Positions 15,896-17,667 of a stretch of 17,667 nt of DNA are shown in pieces. Location of the stretch: assembly GCA_029762535.1 (NCBI GenBank), contig JARVGK010000046.1:1-17667 (forward strand), written 5' to 3'. How positions within the stretch are numbered: position 1 is the first letter of the stretch; each line of letters begins with the position of its first letter. The DNA comes from Thermoplasmatota archaeon (lineage in GTDB: Archaea > Thermoplasmatota > Penumbrarchaeia > Penumbrarchaeales > Penumbrarchaeaceae). The notes beneath the pieces are model-generated. The model did not search any database. It was given only the letters and a program-made list of their open reading frames with translations, and was not told the DNA's origin. The position numbers were made by a program, and so were the translations under genes.

Positions 15896-15916
15896 GCGAA
15901 TGGGAATCGACAAACC

Positions 15917-15924
15917 TTTAATAA
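15917..15924 (+). promoter_or_regulatory. Putative TATA box for 15960..16727
   Basis: TTTAATAA preceded by CAAACC in the intergenic gap. Confidence 0.45.
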
Positions 15925-15959
15925 AACGCATACGTTGAGTATCGGCACGGTGGGAACGC

Positions 15960-16727
15960 ATGAGGCCGGAGAGCTATCTGTCAATTTGTGCGATAATGGT
16001 TGTTTTTTTGATCTTGCTCGTCCCTCATGCATCTGGCAATGACGGCTCGAACGGCCCTGCGACCGTCCTCAGAGGCAGGATCGTGTACGAGGGCGGGCCC
16101 AACACCAGCATGCCCGCATCGGGAGCCGTCGTGATCCTCATCGATGAGGACACGTCCGAGGTGGCATCCTCGATAGCGAACATTTCGGGCCATTACCTTT
16201 TCGAGAATGTGACCTCGGAAAGGAACTATACGATCAAGGCCACCCCCCGATCCGAGATGCTGGGCATCCTTGATTCATACTCCGGTTATCTCGAGAACAT
16301 CACCAATGTGTTCGTTGAGGACGATCTTGAGACCGTTCAAGATATCGAGCTCGCCTACCATCTCCACGTGGATCCCACCCCGCTTCACCCCAGGATCAGG
16401 ATCCTGGACCGAGAAGGGGAAGGCCTTTCGGGAGTGGAGGTCATAGCGGAGACTTCCACAGGCAGCCATTCTGCGGTCACAGGGATCGACGGATGGGCGG
16501 TCTTCGAGGATATCACCGGAGCGACGCTCCCGCCTGGCACCGAGCTTTCCGCCAGCAGGGAAGGTTACAGGACCATACGCTGGACGCATGGGGATCCGGT
16601 CCCGCCCATGGGAAAGGAAAGGAAGGACGACACACTGCTGGTGATCGTCCTCCTCCTTCTCACTTTCTCTTCGGTAGCGATCCTGGTCATTCTGGGACTC
16701 AAAGGCCGGGATCGCCAGGAGAGATGA
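15960..16727 (+). CDS. Secreted, C-terminally membrane-anchored protein with two carboxypeptidase-regulatory-like (transthyretin/CnaB-type) beta-sandwich units
   Basis: Signal peptide ending PHASG; LRGRIV..PASGAVVIL..ANISGHYLFENV..NYTIKA; second unit ILDREGEGLSGVEV..TGIDGWAVF..ASREGY; TM LLVIVLLLLTFSSVAILVILGL followed by KGRDR. Confidence 0.75.
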   Translation: MRPESYLSICAIMVVFLILLVPHASGNDGSNGPATVLRGRIVYEGGPNTSMPASGAVVILIDEDTSEVASSIANISGHYLFENVTSERNYTIKATPRSEMLGILDSYSGYLENITNVFVEDDLETVQDIELAYHLHVDPTPLHPRIRILDREGEGLSGVEVIAETSTGSHSAVTGIDGWAVFEDITGATLPPGTELSASREGYRTIRWTHGDPVPPMGKERKDDTLLVIVLLLLTFSSVAILVILGLKGRDRQER

Positions 16728-16796
16728 GCACGGCCCGTATCCGAACCCACTTCCAGTCCCGAACCAGCCTTCATTACAAACAATTAACCGGAATTA

Positions 16797-16804
16797 TTAT
16801 ATAA
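16797..16804 (+). promoter_or_regulatory. Putative TATA box for the gene starting at 16856
   Basis: TTATATAA; SD GGGGTGA at 16843-16849 follows. Confidence 0.6.
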
Positions 16805-16855
16805 CTTAAACGACAAGAGGAAAAGGACCGTTATGTTTTATCGGGGTGAAATAAG

Positions 16856-17667
16856 ATGACCAAAAGACAAAGAACGAGCTTGATAATCGGAATGTTGTTA
16901 GGAGCGGCATTATTCCTGGCGATCGGTCAGGCCGGACCGGACGTCCATGCCGCAGGAACGCGCGCGGGAGATGATGTCCAGAACACTTTCACGCTATGGG
17001 ACAGCATGGAGGCATACAAGGGAACGGATCCCATGGACGGGACCGCGATAGGCGACGCGCTTCCGGACCATCCGGGGAACGAGATCGTGACCGTGTCCCG
17101 GGACGGGAACACGTATCTGTCCCGTTTCGACGATGCTTCCGGCTCTTTCATCACCGAGACGATATGGGAGACCCCCGGCCAGCAGCTCACTCCGGTCATA
17201 GGCGATCTCAAGCCCGGCAACGGCAACGAGATCCTCAGTGTGGGGCTTGCCACGGGAATGGAGGACGACGCCACTCCGGGCAATGGCACGGCGACCGTCC
17301 TGACTTATTCAGGTGGCGTGTGGACGCCCGAGAGGGCCTATACGGGTCCGAAGCTCGTCCACGGCGCCGACATAGGCGATCTGGACCCGAACATGCCCGG
17401 CAACGAGGCTGTAATAACGACTTTCTCCTTCGAGGCGTACCTTCTCTGGTGGGATACGAACTCCACCGAGTGGAGGACGGACCTTATCTACAACGATTCC
17501 CACAATATCAGGAAGGTGGTCATAGCCGACATACTTCCCGAGCGTCCCGGCAACGAGATGGTCGCGGTCTCCAAATCCGGCAATGTGACCATCGCTTATG
17601 GGACCGTGGGCAACTGGACTGTGGAGCGCATACACAAGAGCGTTCCCCTGGCCCGTGTGGCCGTGGG
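16856..17667 (+). CDS. Secreted FG-GAP/VCBS-like repeat beta-propeller protein, N-terminal part (runs off right edge)
   Basis: Not in ORF track. Open from ATG 16856 to the window end: MTKRQRTSLIIGMLLGAALFLAIGQAGPDVHA (signal), then repeats IGDALPDHPGNEIV, IGDLKPGNGNEIL, IGDLDPNMPGNEAV, IADILPERPGNEMV and the start of a fifth (RVAVG). Confidence 0.85.
   Translation, partial: MTKRQRTSLIIGMLLGAALFLAIGQAGPDVHAAGTRAGDDVQNTFTLWDSMEAYKGTDPMDGTAIGDALPDHPGNEIVTVSRDGNTYLSRFDDASGSFITETIWETPGQQLTPVIGDLKPGNGNEILSVGLATGMEDDATPGNGTATVLTYSGGVWTPERAYTGPKLVHGADIGDLDPNMPGNEAVITTFSFEAYLLWWDTNSTEWRTDLIYNDSHNIRKVVIADILPERPGNEMVAVSKSGNVTIAYGTVGNWTVERIHKSVPLARVAV

Noticed and set aside
14153-15961. 602-aa minus-strand ORF
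   Set aside because: Antisense shadow of the disulfide reductase caused by codon bias; no motifs.
16927-17635. Minus-strand ORFs 16927..17289 and 17309..17635
   Set aside because: Antisense to the plus-strand repeat protein starting at 16856, which has an SD, a TATA box and a signal peptide.

Overview
Archaeal chromosomal window. TATA boxes sit about 25 nt before leaderless starts, SD sites are GGAGGTG/GGGGTGA, and the gene content resembles Thermoplasmatota (the taxon is an inference). Left (1-4829, minus): a tandem pair of paralogous secreted surface-protein genes. The complete one encodes an N-terminal FIENKGQW domain, a 7-bladed SBBP-type beta-propeller, 7 FN3 domains, a TM anchor and a Pro-rich tail. 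The second runs off the left edge and is absent from the ORF track. Centre (4869-11462, minus): a LysW-dependent alpha-aminoadipate lysine cluster, lrp-homocitrate synthase followed by lysW-lysX-lysY-lysZ-lysJ-lysK; lysW is also missing from the ORF track. Right: marC plus a SAM methyltransferase, a hotdog thioesterase, a CruF/DUF422-like membrane protein with an unannotated 68-aa membrane protein, a stand-alone flavoprotein disulfide reductase, a membrane-anchored CarboxypepD-reg-like protein, and a partial FG-GAP-like repeat surface protein. Main observations: (i) the surface-protein genes are compositional mosaics, with AT-rich, GATC-poor blocks between GC-rich, GATC-rich blocks, and the two divergent paralogues share an exact 40-bp block; (ii) GATC is strongly over-represented in host-like DNA; (iii) the same multi-site Lrp-type operator lies at identical spacing upstream of the lrp and lysW promoters. 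All counts are by hand.
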